A stretch of DNA of 34,961 nucleotides from Acetobacteraceae bacterium. GTDB taxonomy: Bacteria > Pseudomonadota > Alphaproteobacteria > Acetobacterales > Acetobacteraceae. Every line of letters begins with the position of its first letter. The stretch's first letter is position 1. The stretch lies in NCBI GenBank assembly GCA_030044345.1, contig JASHVY010000433.1, positions 1 to 34,961 on the forward strand, given 5' to 3'. Of the stretch, positions 27,156 to 34,961 are shown one piece after another. Position numbers and translations under genes: made by a program. The notes under the pieces were generated by a model. That model made no database searches. It was not told where the DNA came from and saw nothing but the letters and a program-made list of their open reading frames with translations.

Positions 27156-28636
27156 TGGGGGGCCGCGCGGCCGAGCTCGACCCAGCCGGGCCGCTGCCGC
27201 TGGCTCACGTTTCTCCACCGCCGGCGCGCGGGCCCGCCCACCCCCGCTTCCTGCACTCGGCGGCGCTGCGCTTCGCCGCGATCTACGCCCTGCTGTTCGG
27301 CATTTCCGCCCTCGCGCTGGCTTTTTTTCTCTGGTGGGAGACGGCGGGGGTGCTCGACCGTGAGACCGACCAGACGATCACCGCCGATGTGCAGAGCCTC
27401 ATCGAACGCTGGAACCAGGGTGGAGTGCCCGCGCTGATCCTCACCATCGACAACCGGCTCGCCGAGAATGTCGATGACAATGCGATCTACCTTCTCGTCG
27501 ATCCGGCCCTGGAGCGGATTGCCGGCAATCTTGCCGCCTGGCCGGCTTCGGTCCCGCTCGATCGGACATGGTCGGAACTCCCGATCGAGCGGGCCGGAAT
27601 CCGCTCGCTCGCCCGGGTGCGCCGCTACACGTTTCCCGACGGGCTGCATCTCCTCGTCGGCCGGGACGTCGAGGTGCGCGCCGAGCTGCGCGACCTTCTG
27701 ACGGGTGCGCTGCTCTGGGCCCTGCTCGTCGTCGTGATCCTCGGGCTCGCCGGGGCAATCATCGTCCGCGGCCTGTTCCGCCGCGCGCTTGCCAATGTCT
27801 CGACCACCGCGGCGGCGATTTCGGCGGGCGATCTCTCGCAGCGCGTGCGGATCACCGGACGCGGCGACGAGTTCGACCGCCTCTCCGAGACCATCAACGA
27901 GATGCTCGAGCGAATCTCGCGGCTGATGGACGGTGTGCGGCAGGTCTCCAACGCCATCGCCCATGACCTGCGCACGCCGATCACGCGGGCGCGCGCCCGG
28001 CTCGAGGACGCTGCCCTGCATGCGAAGAGCGAGGCCGATCTGCAGGCGGCGATCGAGCGGGCGATCGCCGATCTCGACGGCATCGTCGCCGTGTTCCAGG
28101 CGCTGCTGCGCATTGCCGAGATCGAAGCCGGTGCGCGGCGTTCCGCCTTCGCGCCCTTCGATGCCGTGCCGCTGCTCGCCGATCTCGTCGATCTCTACAG
28201 CGCCGTCGCCGAAGAGAAGGGAATTTCGCTTTTGCTGGAATCGCCCGACCAGCTCCCGTTCTTCGGCGACCGAGAGCTCATTCAGCAGGCGATTGCCAAC
28301 CTGCTCGACAACGCGCTGAAATTCTCTCCACCCGGCGGGATGGTGCGGCTCTCGGCGGAGAATGCCGGGCGCATGATCGTGATCAGCGTCGCCGATCGCG
28401 GCCCCGGAATCCCGGCCGACGATCGCGGGCGGGCCATGGAACGTTTCTACCGCGGCGAGGCGGCCCGGAATACGCCCGGAGCCGGGCTCGGCCTCGCCCT
28501 CGTGCAGGCGATTGCCCAGCTCCATGCGGGCAGCCTCTCACTGACCGACAATATGCCGGGGCTCAAGGCCATGCTGCGGCTGCCCGTCACAGTCGAGGCC
28601 GTGCATCGTCCGCCCGCCGCGGCGGCGGATGCATGA
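27155..28636 (+). CDS. Sensor histidine kinase (2 TM, periplasmic loop, HAMP, HisKA, HATPase_c), partner of the preceding regulator
   Basis: ATG overlaps the regulator stop (TGATG). TM1 AAIYALLFGISALALAFFLWW and TM2 LLWALLVVVILGLAGAIIV. HAMP block …AAISAGDLSQRV.ITGRGDEFDRLSETINEML. H-box VSNAIAHDLRTPIT. N/G boxes NLLDNALKFSP, DRGPGIP and GAGLGLALV. Confidence 0.92.
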   Translation: MGGRAAELDPAGPLPLAHVSPPPARGPAHPRFLHSAALRFAAIYALLFGISALALAFFLWWETAGVLDRETDQTITADVQSLIERWNQGGVPALILTIDNRLAENVDDNAIYLLVDPALERIAGNLAAWPASVPLDRTWSELPIERAGIRSLARVRRYTFPDGLHLLVGRDVEVRAELRDLLTGALLWALLVVVILGLAGAIIVRGLFRRALANVSTTAAAISAGDLSQRVRITGRGDEFDRLSETINEMLERISRLMDGVRQVSNAIAHDLRTPITRARARLEDAALHAKSEADLQAAIERAIADLDGIVAVFQALLRIAEIEAGARRSAFAPFDAVPLLADLVDLYSAVAEEKGISLLLESPDQLPFFGDRELIQQAIANLLDNALKFSPPGGMVRLSAENAGRMIVISVADRGPGIPADDRGRAMERFYRGEAARNTPGAGLGLALVQAIAQLHAGSLSLTDNMPGLKAMLRLPVTVEAVHRPPAAAADA

Positions 28637-28693
28637 CCGTCTGTTCACCCGGCCCACACAGCCTGGTCAGGCTGATCCCGATAGGCAGGAACC

Positions 28694-29005
28694 ATGCGGG
28701 GCGCGCATCGGATCAGAATTCTCGGCGCCGCGGCGGCGATGCCGCTCATCGCGCTGATGCTTGCGCCGCACACCATCGCGCAGCCTGCGCCGATGCCGCT
28801 GCTCACCGACACGCCGCAATATTGCGCCGAGCTCTCCGACGAAGTGGAGGAGGTGCGGCAATCCCTGGTGAGTCCGGCCCCGCCCGAGGTCGAGCAGTTG
28901 GCCGAGGAAGGCCGGCGTCTCTGCGCCATGGGCGAGATCCGCGGCGGCATCGTCCGCCTGCGCCGCGCCATGGTGCTGCTGCGCGAGATCTCGGGGCAGA
29001 CTTGA
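28694..29005 (+). CDS. Small predicted periplasmic protein (103 aa, 2 Cys), unknown function
   Basis: ATG with AGGCAGGA upstream. Signal-like N-terminus MRGAHRIRILGAAAAMPLIALMLAPHTIAQ|P. GC-rich third-position codon usage like its neighbours. The mature part is helical and acidic with two Cys (…QYCAELSDEVEEV… …GRRLCAMGEIRGG…). The competing overlapping ORFs are Arg-rich junk. Confidence 0.55.
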   Translation: MRGAHRIRILGAAAAMPLIALMLAPHTIAQPAPMPLLTDTPQYCAELSDEVEEVRQSLVSPAPPEVEQLAEEGRRLCAMGEIRGGIVRLRRAMVLLREISGQT

Positions 29006-29133
29006 GAACGGAGCGTATTTCAGATCGATTTTGAAATGAAATGGCTTCGTCGAAGCTCGGGCACCCTCCGCCCTGGACCTCTTCGGTGTTGCGCGGCGCA
29101 AGGATGAATACCGCTTTCATGGGGGGATGAACA

Positions 29134-30669
29134 TTGGCGCGTCCGGATGGGGCCTCCATTGCCCGCGCGTACGATCACATCATCGTGGGCGGTGGCTCGG
29201 CAGGCTCTGTTCTCGCTGCGAGACTTTCCGAGCGCGATGCCTGTCGCGTCCTGATGATCGAGGCGGGCGGGGCGGATTTCGACCGTCCCGCGATGGTCGA
29301 GCCCGGCCTGTGGCGGGCCAATTGGGGCGGTGATGCCGACTGGCTCTACCGGACGGTGCCGCAGGCAAATCTGGATGGGCGGATCATCGACTGGGCCCGC
29401 GGCAAGGTGATCGGCGGATCGAGCACGATCAACGCGATGGCCTGGGTCTGGGGGCACCGGGCCGATTTCGACGGCTGGGCAAGGGAGGGCAATGTCGGAT
29501 GGGATTTCGACAGCCTGAAGCCCGTGTTCATGCGGATGGAAAGCTGCGCGCGGACCGGCCGCAAGACTATGCGGGGCGTGGTCGGCCCCATGGCGCTCTT
29601 TTCCTATCCCGCCACGGACCCGCTCGTTGCGGCGTTTCTTTCATCCTGCCGGGAGCTGGGTCACGCCATTCTGGATGACGTGAATGGGCCGGTCGAGGAA
29701 GGGGCCGGGACCGGCGATCTGAATATCAAGGACGGACGGCGCCTCAGCGTCGTGCATGCCTATCTGCTGCCCGTTCTCGGCCGCATCAATCTGACCATCC
29801 TGACGAAGAGCCTGGTCGAATCGCTGATTTTCGAGGGCACCCGCTGCATCGGTGTGCGATGTCGCGTGGACGGAGCGCTTCGGGAGATTCGTTCCGACCA
29901 CGACGTGGTCCTGTGTGCGGGCTCTATCGAAACGCCACGTTTGCTGATGGTCTCGGGCATCGGGAATGCCGATCAACTCTCGAAGCTCGGCATCACGGTT
30001 GTCGCCGACCTGCCGGGGGTCGGCGAAAATCTCCATGATCACTGCCAGCTTCGGACTTTTGCTGCGGAAGCCGAGCAAGCCGCGCTCAGCCCCCATCTGG
30101 AGGCTCATCTCTTCGTGCGCAGCAGTGAAACCTTGTCGATACCCGATCTCGACATTGCGCTGACACGCGCAACAGACAGTGTGCCCGCCCCCTCGACGGG
30201 CAATGGATTCACCCTGCTTGCCGGGCTTTTTCGGCCGCGCAGCCGGGGCCGGCTCGCCCTGACTTCGAGGGGAATCCGCGCACCGCTGCACATCGATCCG
30301 AATTATCTTTCCGAGCCGGCGGATATGGATGCGCTTTGCATCGCCGCCGAGCTCTCGCGGGAGCTCGGCCTGTCTCGCCCCCTCTCACGCTGGCATCACG
30401 GGAAGCCCCAGGCGGCGCCCTTGGATAAGGTCGCGCTGCGAGCCTTCATCAGGCGGACCGCCGGAAGCTACCGCCACCCGGTCGGGACATGCGCGATGGG
30501 TATCGGGGCACGGGCGGTCGTTGACCCTATGCTGCGGGTGCAGGGAATTTCCAATCTCAGGATCGCCGACAACTCGGTGATGCCGAGCATCACGACCGGT
30601 CATACGCTCGCGCCGACCCTGGTCATCGCGGAACGCGCCGCGGACATGATCATTGCCGCTTCGCATTGA
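29134..30669 (+). CDS. GMC-family FAD-dependent oxidoreductase (choline/alcohol dehydrogenase-like)
   Basis: TTG start with GGGGGGA 7 nt upstream. YDHIIVGGGSAGSVLAARLSE (FAD GxGxxG)…VLMIEAGG…GKVIGGSSTINAMAW…, and a C-terminal …HPVGTCAMG…VVDPMLRVQGISNLRIADNSVMP block containing the active-site His. Confidence 0.9.
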   Translation: MARPDGASIARAYDHIIVGGGSAGSVLAARLSERDACRVLMIEAGGADFDRPAMVEPGLWRANWGGDADWLYRTVPQANLDGRIIDWARGKVIGGSSTINAMAWVWGHRADFDGWAREGNVGWDFDSLKPVFMRMESCARTGRKTMRGVVGPMALFSYPATDPLVAAFLSSCRELGHAILDDVNGPVEEGAGTGDLNIKDGRRLSVVHAYLLPVLGRINLTILTKSLVESLIFEGTRCIGVRCRVDGALREIRSDHDVVLCAGSIETPRLLMVSGIGNADQLSKLGITVVADLPGVGENLHDHCQLRTFAAEAEQAALSPHLEAHLFVRSSETLSIPDLDIALTRATDSVPAPSTGNGFTLLAGLFRPRSRGRLALTSRGIRAPLHIDPNYLSEPADMDALCIAAELSRELGLSRPLSRWHHGKPQAAPLDKVALRAFIRRTAGSYRHPVGTCAMGIGARAVVDPMLRVQGISNLRIADNSVMPSITTGHTLAPTLVIAERAADMIIAASH

Positions 30670-30693
30670 GCAAGCGGAACGTGGACGTGGATC

Positions 30694-30739
30694 CAGGGGC
30701 GGAGCCCCTGGAATCGATGAAGTCGATCTTCTCTTTTTT
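30694..30739 (+). terminator. Terminator region between the convergent GMC oxidoreductase and mscL genes
   Basis: Perfect 8-bp stem CCAGGGGC-gga-GCCCCTGG (30694-30712), then the ATCGA-tgaag-TCGAT hairpin, then CTTCTCTTTTTT (T-run 30734-30739). Confidence 0.55.
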
Positions 30740-30747
30740 GACTGCAA

Positions 30748-31188
30748 TCAGCCCCTGCTTTTCAGGATGTCGCGAATTTCGCCGAGCAATGTTTCGGTTG
30801 GGCTCGGCGCCGGTGGGGCGGCGTCCTGGTGCAGGCGGAGCCGTGTGAGGGCCTTGATCAGCCAGAAGATGGCAAAGCTCACGATGAGGAACTGGATCAC
30901 GGCGTTGAGGAAGACGCCGATATTCAGGGTGACCGCGCCGGCGTGCTGCGCCGCGGCGAGGGTCGATTCCGGATGCCCGCGCAGCGTGATGAAGATGTTC
31001 GAGAAATCGATGCCGCCAATGATCAATCCGAGGATCGGTGTGAAGAGGTCCTTGACGAGGCTGTTGACCACGGTGGTGAAGGCAGCCCCGATGACGATGC
31101 CGACAGCGAGATCGACCACGCTGCCGCGCATGATGAAGGCGCGGAACTCCTCGACCCAGGCCGGGCGTTTGGGCAGCGGCGGAATCAT
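30748..31188 (-). CDS. mscL: Large-conductance mechanosensitive channel MscL
   Basis: ATG at 31188 preceded by GGGGAGGG. MIPPLPKRPAWVEEFRAFIMRGSVVDLAVGIVIGAAFTTVVNSLVKDLFTPILGLIIGGIDFSN…FLNAVIQFLIVSFAIFWLIK… is canonical MscL. The upstream 62 codons of the track ORF are an extension into the repeat element. Confidence 0.93.
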   Translation of the reverse strand: MIPPLPKRPAWVEEFRAFIMRGSVVDLAVGIVIGAAFTTVVNSLVKDLFTPILGLIIGGIDFSNIFITLRGHPESTLAAAQHAGAVTLNIGVFLNAVIQFLIVSFAIFWLIKALTRLRLHQDAAPPAPSPTETLLGEIRDILKSRG

Positions 31189-31238
31189 GCAACCCTCCCC
31201 TTTTCTACGAGAGGGCAACATCATAGCGAGAATGAATG

Positions 31239-31390
31239 AGATCAATATGGCTTCTGGTGGATCGGGGCACCCCGCCGACATGTCCGGGGCACCCCGGCGC
31301 AGAGCGATCCGCCAAAAGCCCAAAGGGAAGACATGAAATTGATCGAGAAAACAAAACGAGAGCGCGATGATCAAAAATCATCACGCTCTA
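31239..31390 (+). repeat. Copy B of the structured intergenic repeat family, with a 22-nt internal duplication
   Basis: Same modules as 20926-21054. CGGGGCACCCC occurs at 31263-31273 and 31285-31295 inside the conserved outer stem GGTGGATCG…CGATCCGCC. Module-2 hairpin AGAGCGCGATGA (31359-31370) pairs with TCATCACGCTCT (31378-31389). The element ends 51 nt upstream of the mscL start codon. Confidence 0.85.
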
Positions 31391-31633
31391 GAAGATGTTA
31401 TGAACCTTCTACCAAGCCCAATGCAGTAAACAAAATGCGGCAAACAAAGTGCGATGAGCGAAGAGGAGAGGTTGTTCTTTCTTGAAAGAAAGAACCACAG
31501 AACTTTTATCCTTTTATTTGCAGTCCACAGCCAGCGCATGGTCCGGAAAACGGAGAGAAGTCTTTTTGCTTCTTTTTCTTCAGAAAAAGAAGTCTCCTTC
31601 TTTCCGATACTTCATCGAAGTGCATAACTCTTT

Positions 31634-33313
31634 CTAAGGCGCGCAGCCTTCCGCGCGCAGAAGGTCGATCACCGCCTCTGCAGACACGTCGCGCGACGTA
31701 TAGGCATGGCCGATGCCGCGGGCGAGGACGAAGGTGGTCGCGCCGTCCCGCACTTTCTTGTCATGCCGCATATGTTGCAGGAGCGAAGCGGCGGAGAAGC
31801 GGCGGTTGAGGACGGAAAGCTCCGCCGGCAAACCGACCTCGTCCAGGTGGCGGATGATCCGTTCGCCATCCGCTGCCGGGGCGATATCGAGTCGCGCCGA
31901 GAGGCGAAAGGCGAGGCCAAGCCCGATTGCCACCGCCTCGCCATGTAAAAGCGCGTCGCTGTAGCCGGTTTCGCGCTCGAGCGCATGGGCGAAGGTATGG
32001 CCGAGATTGAGGAGCGCCCGCCCGTCACTCGGCTTTTCTTCCCGCTCGTCATCGCCGACCACGGCAGCCTTGAAGGAGGCGGCGCGCAGCACCGCTTCAG
32101 CCTGCAAATCCTGATCACCGGCGATCAGGGCCGCGCCGTTCGATTCGCACCAGGCGAAGAAGCCGGCATCGCCGATCAGGCCTGCCTTGACGATCTCGGC
32201 ATAGCCGGCGCGGAGCTGGCGCGCAGGCAGAGTGGCGAGCGAGCCGACATCGGCGAGCACAAGCAGCGGCTGGTGGAAAGCGCCGAGCAGGTTCTTGCCG
32301 CGTTTGGTGTTGATGCCGGTCTTGCCGCCGACCGAGGAATCGACCTGAGCGAGGAGCGTGGTCGGCATCTGCACGAAGGGAAGTCCGCGCAGCGTGGCAG
32401 CCGCCGCGAAGCCGGCGAGATCGCCGATGACACCCCCGCCGAGCGCGATGACGGCGGTGCGCCGCTCGACGCCGCGCTCCAGCAGCCGGTCGGTGACAAT
32501 GGCGAAGGTTTCGAGCGATTTCGACCCTTCGCCGGCGGGAACGATGATTTCCGAGGTCTCGATCGCGGTTTCGGCAAGCGCCCGCTTCACCGTTTCGAGA
32601 TGGAGGGAGGCCACGGTCTCGTCCGTCACGATCACGGCGCGCTTTTGCGGCAGCACCGGGGCGAGAGAGGCGCCAGCGCGTCCGAGAAGGCCCGGGCCGA
32701 TCAGGACATTGTAGCTCCGTTCGCGAAGAGCGACCGCCAGCCGCCGCGGCGGACCCCAGGCAAGAAGCGCCGCCAGCACATGGCTGGTGGTGATGTCCGC
32801 GCTCTCATCGCTGCAATCGACGATGAGATCCGCCTCGGCATAGTACGGATGGCGCATATTCATGAGCCGGGCGAGGATTTCGGCGCTGCTGCCGACGGCG
32901 AGCAGCGGGCGGTTGCTGCGGGTGGAGACCCGCCGGACGAGCGTCTCAAGGGGGCAACGGAGCCAGACCGAGACGGCCTGCGCCCGGATCGCCCGCCGCG
33001 TGTCAGGGTCCATGAAGGCGCCGCCGCCGGTGGCGAGCACCACCGGCTCGCCGGCCAGGATGCGCTGCACGACCCGTCGTTCGCCTTCTCGGAAGGCCCG
33101 TTCGCCATAGCGCTCGAAGAGCTCGGGGATGGTCGAGCCCGCGGCAGCCTCGATCTCATGGTCGGCATCGACGAAGGAAAGGCCGAGGCGGGCGGCGAGG
33201 CGCCGGCCGATGGAGGTCTTGCCCGCGCCCATCAGGCCGATGAGGGCGATCGAGCGGCCGTCCAGAGCTGCCGGAAGGGGCCTGGCTTCTGCAAGCACGG
33301 TGTTGCGTGTCAT
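31634..33313 (-). CDS. aroK-aroB: Fused shikimate kinase / 3-dehydroquinate synthase in a single reading frame
   Basis: Start ATG at 33313 (MTRNTVLAEARPLPAALDGRSIALIGLMGAGKTSIGRRLA… gives the AroK P-loop, then …GGGAF…). It continues without a stop through …HVLAALLAWGPPRRLAVALRERSYNVLIGPGLL… into AroB (…GEGSKS…LGGGVIGDLAGFAAA…RG..FVQMPTTLLAQVDSSVGGKTGIN…NLGHTFAHALE…HGEAVAIG…). The upstream 113 codons of the track ORF are Arg/Pro-rich and non-homologous. Confidence 0.88.
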   Translation of the reverse strand: MTRNTVLAEARPLPAALDGRSIALIGLMGAGKTSIGRRLAARLGLSFVDADHEIEAAAGSTIPELFERYGERAFREGERRVVQRILAGEPVVLATGGGAFMDPDTRRAIRAQAVSVWLRCPLETLVRRVSTRSNRPLLAVGSSAEILARLMNMRHPYYAEADLIVDCSDESADITTSHVLAALLAWGPPRRLAVALRERSYNVLIGPGLLGRAGASLAPVLPQKRAVIVTDETVASLHLETVKRALAETAIETSEIIVPAGEGSKSLETFAIVTDRLLERGVERRTAVIALGGGVIGDLAGFAAAATLRGLPFVQMPTTLLAQVDSSVGGKTGINTKRGKNLLGAFHQPLLVLADVGSLATLPARQLRAGYAEIVKAGLIGDAGFFAWCESNGAALIAGDQDLQAEAVLRAASFKAAVVGDDEREEKPSDGRALLNLGHTFAHALERETGYSDALLHGEAVAIGLGLAFRLSARLDIAPAADGERIIRHLDEVGLPAELSVLNRRFSAASLLQHMRHDKKVRDGATTFVLARGIGHAYTSRDVSAEAVIDLLRAEGCAP

Positions 33314-33370
33314 CGCGGCGGACGCTAGCACACGCCCGTCAGCCGAGGCCAAGGGACCTCCCGGATTCGC

Positions 33371-33520
33371 ATGGGGCGCGTGCTCGCGACGATCGTCATT
33401 CTCATCATCCTGGCGCTGGGTGCCGGGTTTCTTTGGCTTGGGGCTTTTCCGCCACATCCGCCCCATGCGCGGCCCGTGGAGCAGACCATCCCCAACAGCG
33501 CGGTCGGCGGCGGCGACTGA
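33371..33520 (+). CDS. Candidate 49-aa single-pass membrane protein
   Basis: Below the track's size cut-off and found by manual translation: MGRVLATIVILIILALGAGFLWLGAFPPHPPHARPVEQTIPNSAVGGGD*. Third codon positions are GC-rich like the neighbouring genes. It ends 5 nt before the xerD ATG. No clear RBS. Confidence 0.4.
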   Translation: MGRVLATIVILIILALGAGFLWLGAFPPHPPHARPVEQTIPNSAVGGGD

Positions 33521-33525
33521 GCCTG

Positions 33526-34410
33526 ATGGAGCGCGAAGTCGAGGCTTTTCTGGAGATGCTGTCGGCTGAGCGCGGCGCACGACCGAACACGCTCGCCGCC
33601 TATCGCGCGGATCTCGACGATTTCGGGGCCTTTGCCCAGGCGCGGGGCGCACACCCGGCTTCGGCAGATGCGGCGATGATGGCTGCCTATCTGGAAGCGC
33701 TGACGGCGCGCGGGCTTTCCGCGCGGACGGCGGCGCGCCGGCTTTCGTGCCTGCGCCAGTTCCATCGCTTCCTGCTTGCCGAGGGGATGCGTGCCGACGA
33801 TCCGACCCGCGCCCTCGATTCGCCTCGCCTGCCCGGCCATCTGCCGAAATTCCTCTCCGAGGCCGAGGTGGAGGCGCTGCTCGCCGCAGCCGGCGCCCGG
33901 CCCGGGTCCGCGGGCCTGCTCATCAAGGCGGCTCTCGAAATCCTTTATGCGAGCGGGCTCAGGGTGAGCGAGATGCTCTCCCTGCCGGTCGTCGCCTTCC
34001 GTGCCGGCTCGCCGGTGCTGCTCGTCCGCGGCAAGGGCAACAAGGAGCGGATGGTGCCGCTCTCCTCCGCCGCCCGGGCGGCTACGGAGGCATGGCTCGC
34101 GAGCCGGCCGCCCAATGCCGGCCGCTTTCTCTTCGGCGGCCGCGATCCGCGCCGGCCGATGACGCGCCAGGGATTCGCGCTGCTGGTCAAGCAGGTGGCC
34201 CGGATGGCCGGGATCGACCCGGCGCGGGTCTCGCCGCACGTGCTCCGCCATTCCTTCGCCTCGCACCTGCTTGCGCGCGGGGCCGATCTGCGCAGCCTGC
34301 AGATGCTTCTCGGCCATGCCGATATCGCCACCACCGAGATCTATACGCACGTGCTGGCCGAGCGGCTTTCGCGCCTGCTGGCCGAACACCACCCGCTGGC
34401 GCGGGCATGA
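33526..34410 (+). CDS. xerD: Site-specific tyrosine recombinase XerD
   Basis: [33 protein letters not shown]…[15 protein letters not shown]…[11 protein letters not shown]…[41 protein letters not shown] carries the R…HxxR…H…Y catalytic signature. The xerD-accA adjacency is typical of alphaproteobacteria. Confidence 0.9.
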   Translation: MEREVEAFLEMLSAERGARPNTLAAYRADLDDFGAFAQARGAHPASADAAMMAAYLEALTARGLSARTAARRLSCLRQFHRFLLAEGMRADDPTRALDSPRLPGHLPKFLSEAEVEALLAAAGARPGSAGLLIKAALEILYASGLRVSEMLSLPVVAFRAGSPVLLVRGKGNKERMVPLSSAARAATEAWLASRPPNAGRFLFGGRDPRRPMTRQGFALLVKQVARMAGIDPARVSPHVLRHSFASHLLARGADLRSLQMLLGHADIATTEIYTHVLAERLSRLLAEHHPLARA

Positions 34411-34961
34411 CCATGGCCGTGGTGCATCAATATCTCGAGTTCGAGAAGCCGATCGCCGAGCTCGAAGGCAAGATCGAGGAGCTGCGCCGCCTTTCCGACC
34501 CGGAGGGGATCAATATCGCCGAGGAGGTGGCGCGGCTGAGCGAGAAGGTGGAACGGGTGCTGCGCGCCACGTACGCGAAGCTCACGCCCTGGCAGAAGGC
34601 GCAGGTGGCGCGGCACCCCGAGCGGCCGAAGGCGCTCGCTTATATCGAGGCGCTGATCACGGATTTCACGCCGCTCGCCGGCGACCGGGCCTTCGCTGAC
34701 GATGCGGCGGTGATCGGCGGACTGGGGCGGTTCAACGGGCGCTCGGTGATGGTGATCGGCACCGAGAAAGGCTCCGATACCGAAAGCCGGCTTGCGCACA
34801 ATTTCGGCATGGCGCGGCCGGAGGGTTATCGCAAGGCCGAACGGCTGGTGGCGCTGGCCGGCCGGTTCGGCCTGCCGGTGCTCACCTTCGTCGATACCGC
34901 GGGGGCTTTTCCGGGCATCGAGGCCGAGGCGCGGGGCCAGGCGGAGGCCATTGCGCGATCG
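34407..34961 (+). CDS. accA: Acetyl-CoA carboxylase carboxyltransferase alpha subunit. The C-terminus runs off the window edge.
   Basis: Absent from the track because there is no stop. Manual translation from the ATG at 34407 (ATGA overlap with the xerD stop; alternative ATG at 34413) gives [30 protein letters not shown]…[16 protein letters not shown]…[34 protein letters not shown]…[17 protein letters not shown]…A.RFGLPV.TFVDT.GA.PG..AE.RGQ.EAIA. Confidence 0.92.
   Translation, partial: MTMAVVHQYLEFEKPIAELEGKIEELRRLSDPEGINIAEEVARLSEKVERVLRATYAKLTPWQKAQVARHPERPKALAYIEALITDFTPLAGDRAFADDAAVIGGLGRFNGRSVMVIGTEKGSDTESRLAHNFGMARPEGYRKAERLVALAGRFGLPVLTFVDTAGAFPGIEAEARGQAEAIARS

Noticed and set aside
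25218-27218. 666-aa minus-strand ORF spanning the htrA and response-regulator region
   Set aside because: It is antisense to two genes with unmistakable catalytic and receiver motifs. Its own product is low-complexity Arg/Ser/Pro/Gly-rich sequence.
31506-31530. DnaA-box-like fragments (TTATCC … TCCACA)
   Set aside because: The two halves are separated by 12 nt, so there is no intact TTATCCACA box. There are no clustered boxes or an AT-rich unwinding-element arrangement.
31424-31540. 54-aa minus-strand ORF MRWLWTANKRIKVLWFF… in the AT-rich island
   Set aside because: Its codon usage (AAT, AAA, ATA, AGG, GTT) is unlike every confident gene in the window. It has no RBS and runs through palindromic low-complexity DNA.
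33314-33652. N-terminal 113-codon extension of the aroK-aroB ORF
   Set aside because: It is an Arg/Pro/Asp-rich non-homologous sequence that would overlap the divergent small ORF and the xerD upstream region. The AroK P-loop follows the ATG at 33313.
33526-34410. Tyrosine recombinase as a marker of an integrated mobile element
   Set aside because: The sequence and context (aroK-aroB divergent, accA overlapping downstream) fit the housekeeping chromosome-dimer resolvase XerD. There is no att-like repeat, tRNA or phage/IS gene nearby.

Overview
GC-rich chromosomal core region, most likely from an alphaproteobacterium. The Rhodospirillales/Acetobacteraceae-like assignment is inferred from protein sequences and synteny, not verified. 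About 35 protein genes fill nearly the whole window, and almost all are recognisable housekeeping genes. In order: a BisC-like molybdoenzyme (partial, absent from the ORF track), an omega-aminotransferase, rpsU, def plus the COQ9-like 'rpsU-divergent' gene, mreBCD-mrdA-rodA, aroE-coaE-dnaQ, a CHASE3-type hybrid histidine kinase, thrC-M16 peptidase-pmbA, an MraY/WecA-family transferase, speD-speE, recX, a second aminotransferase, an htrA-like protease with an OmpR/HK pair and a small periplasmic protein, a GMC oxidoreductase, mscL, a fused aroK-aroB, xerD and accA (partial, absent from the track). Many long Arg/Pro/Ser-rich ORFs in the track are antisense or frame-shadow artefacts of high GC. 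I found no tRNA, rRNA, CRISPR array, transposase, phage or defence genes. The unexplained signal lies in two AT-rich intergenic islands (about 20915-21910 and 31189-31633). These carry a highly structured repeat of about 130-150 nt, present as two full copies and one inverted partial copy. They also hold a small secreted low-complexity protein and a possible mini-ORF/alternative-hairpin leader upstream of speD. In addition, several perfect or near-perfect short tandem duplications sit in promoter regions. No multi-gene novel system is evident. All functional calls rest on by-eye motif recognition.
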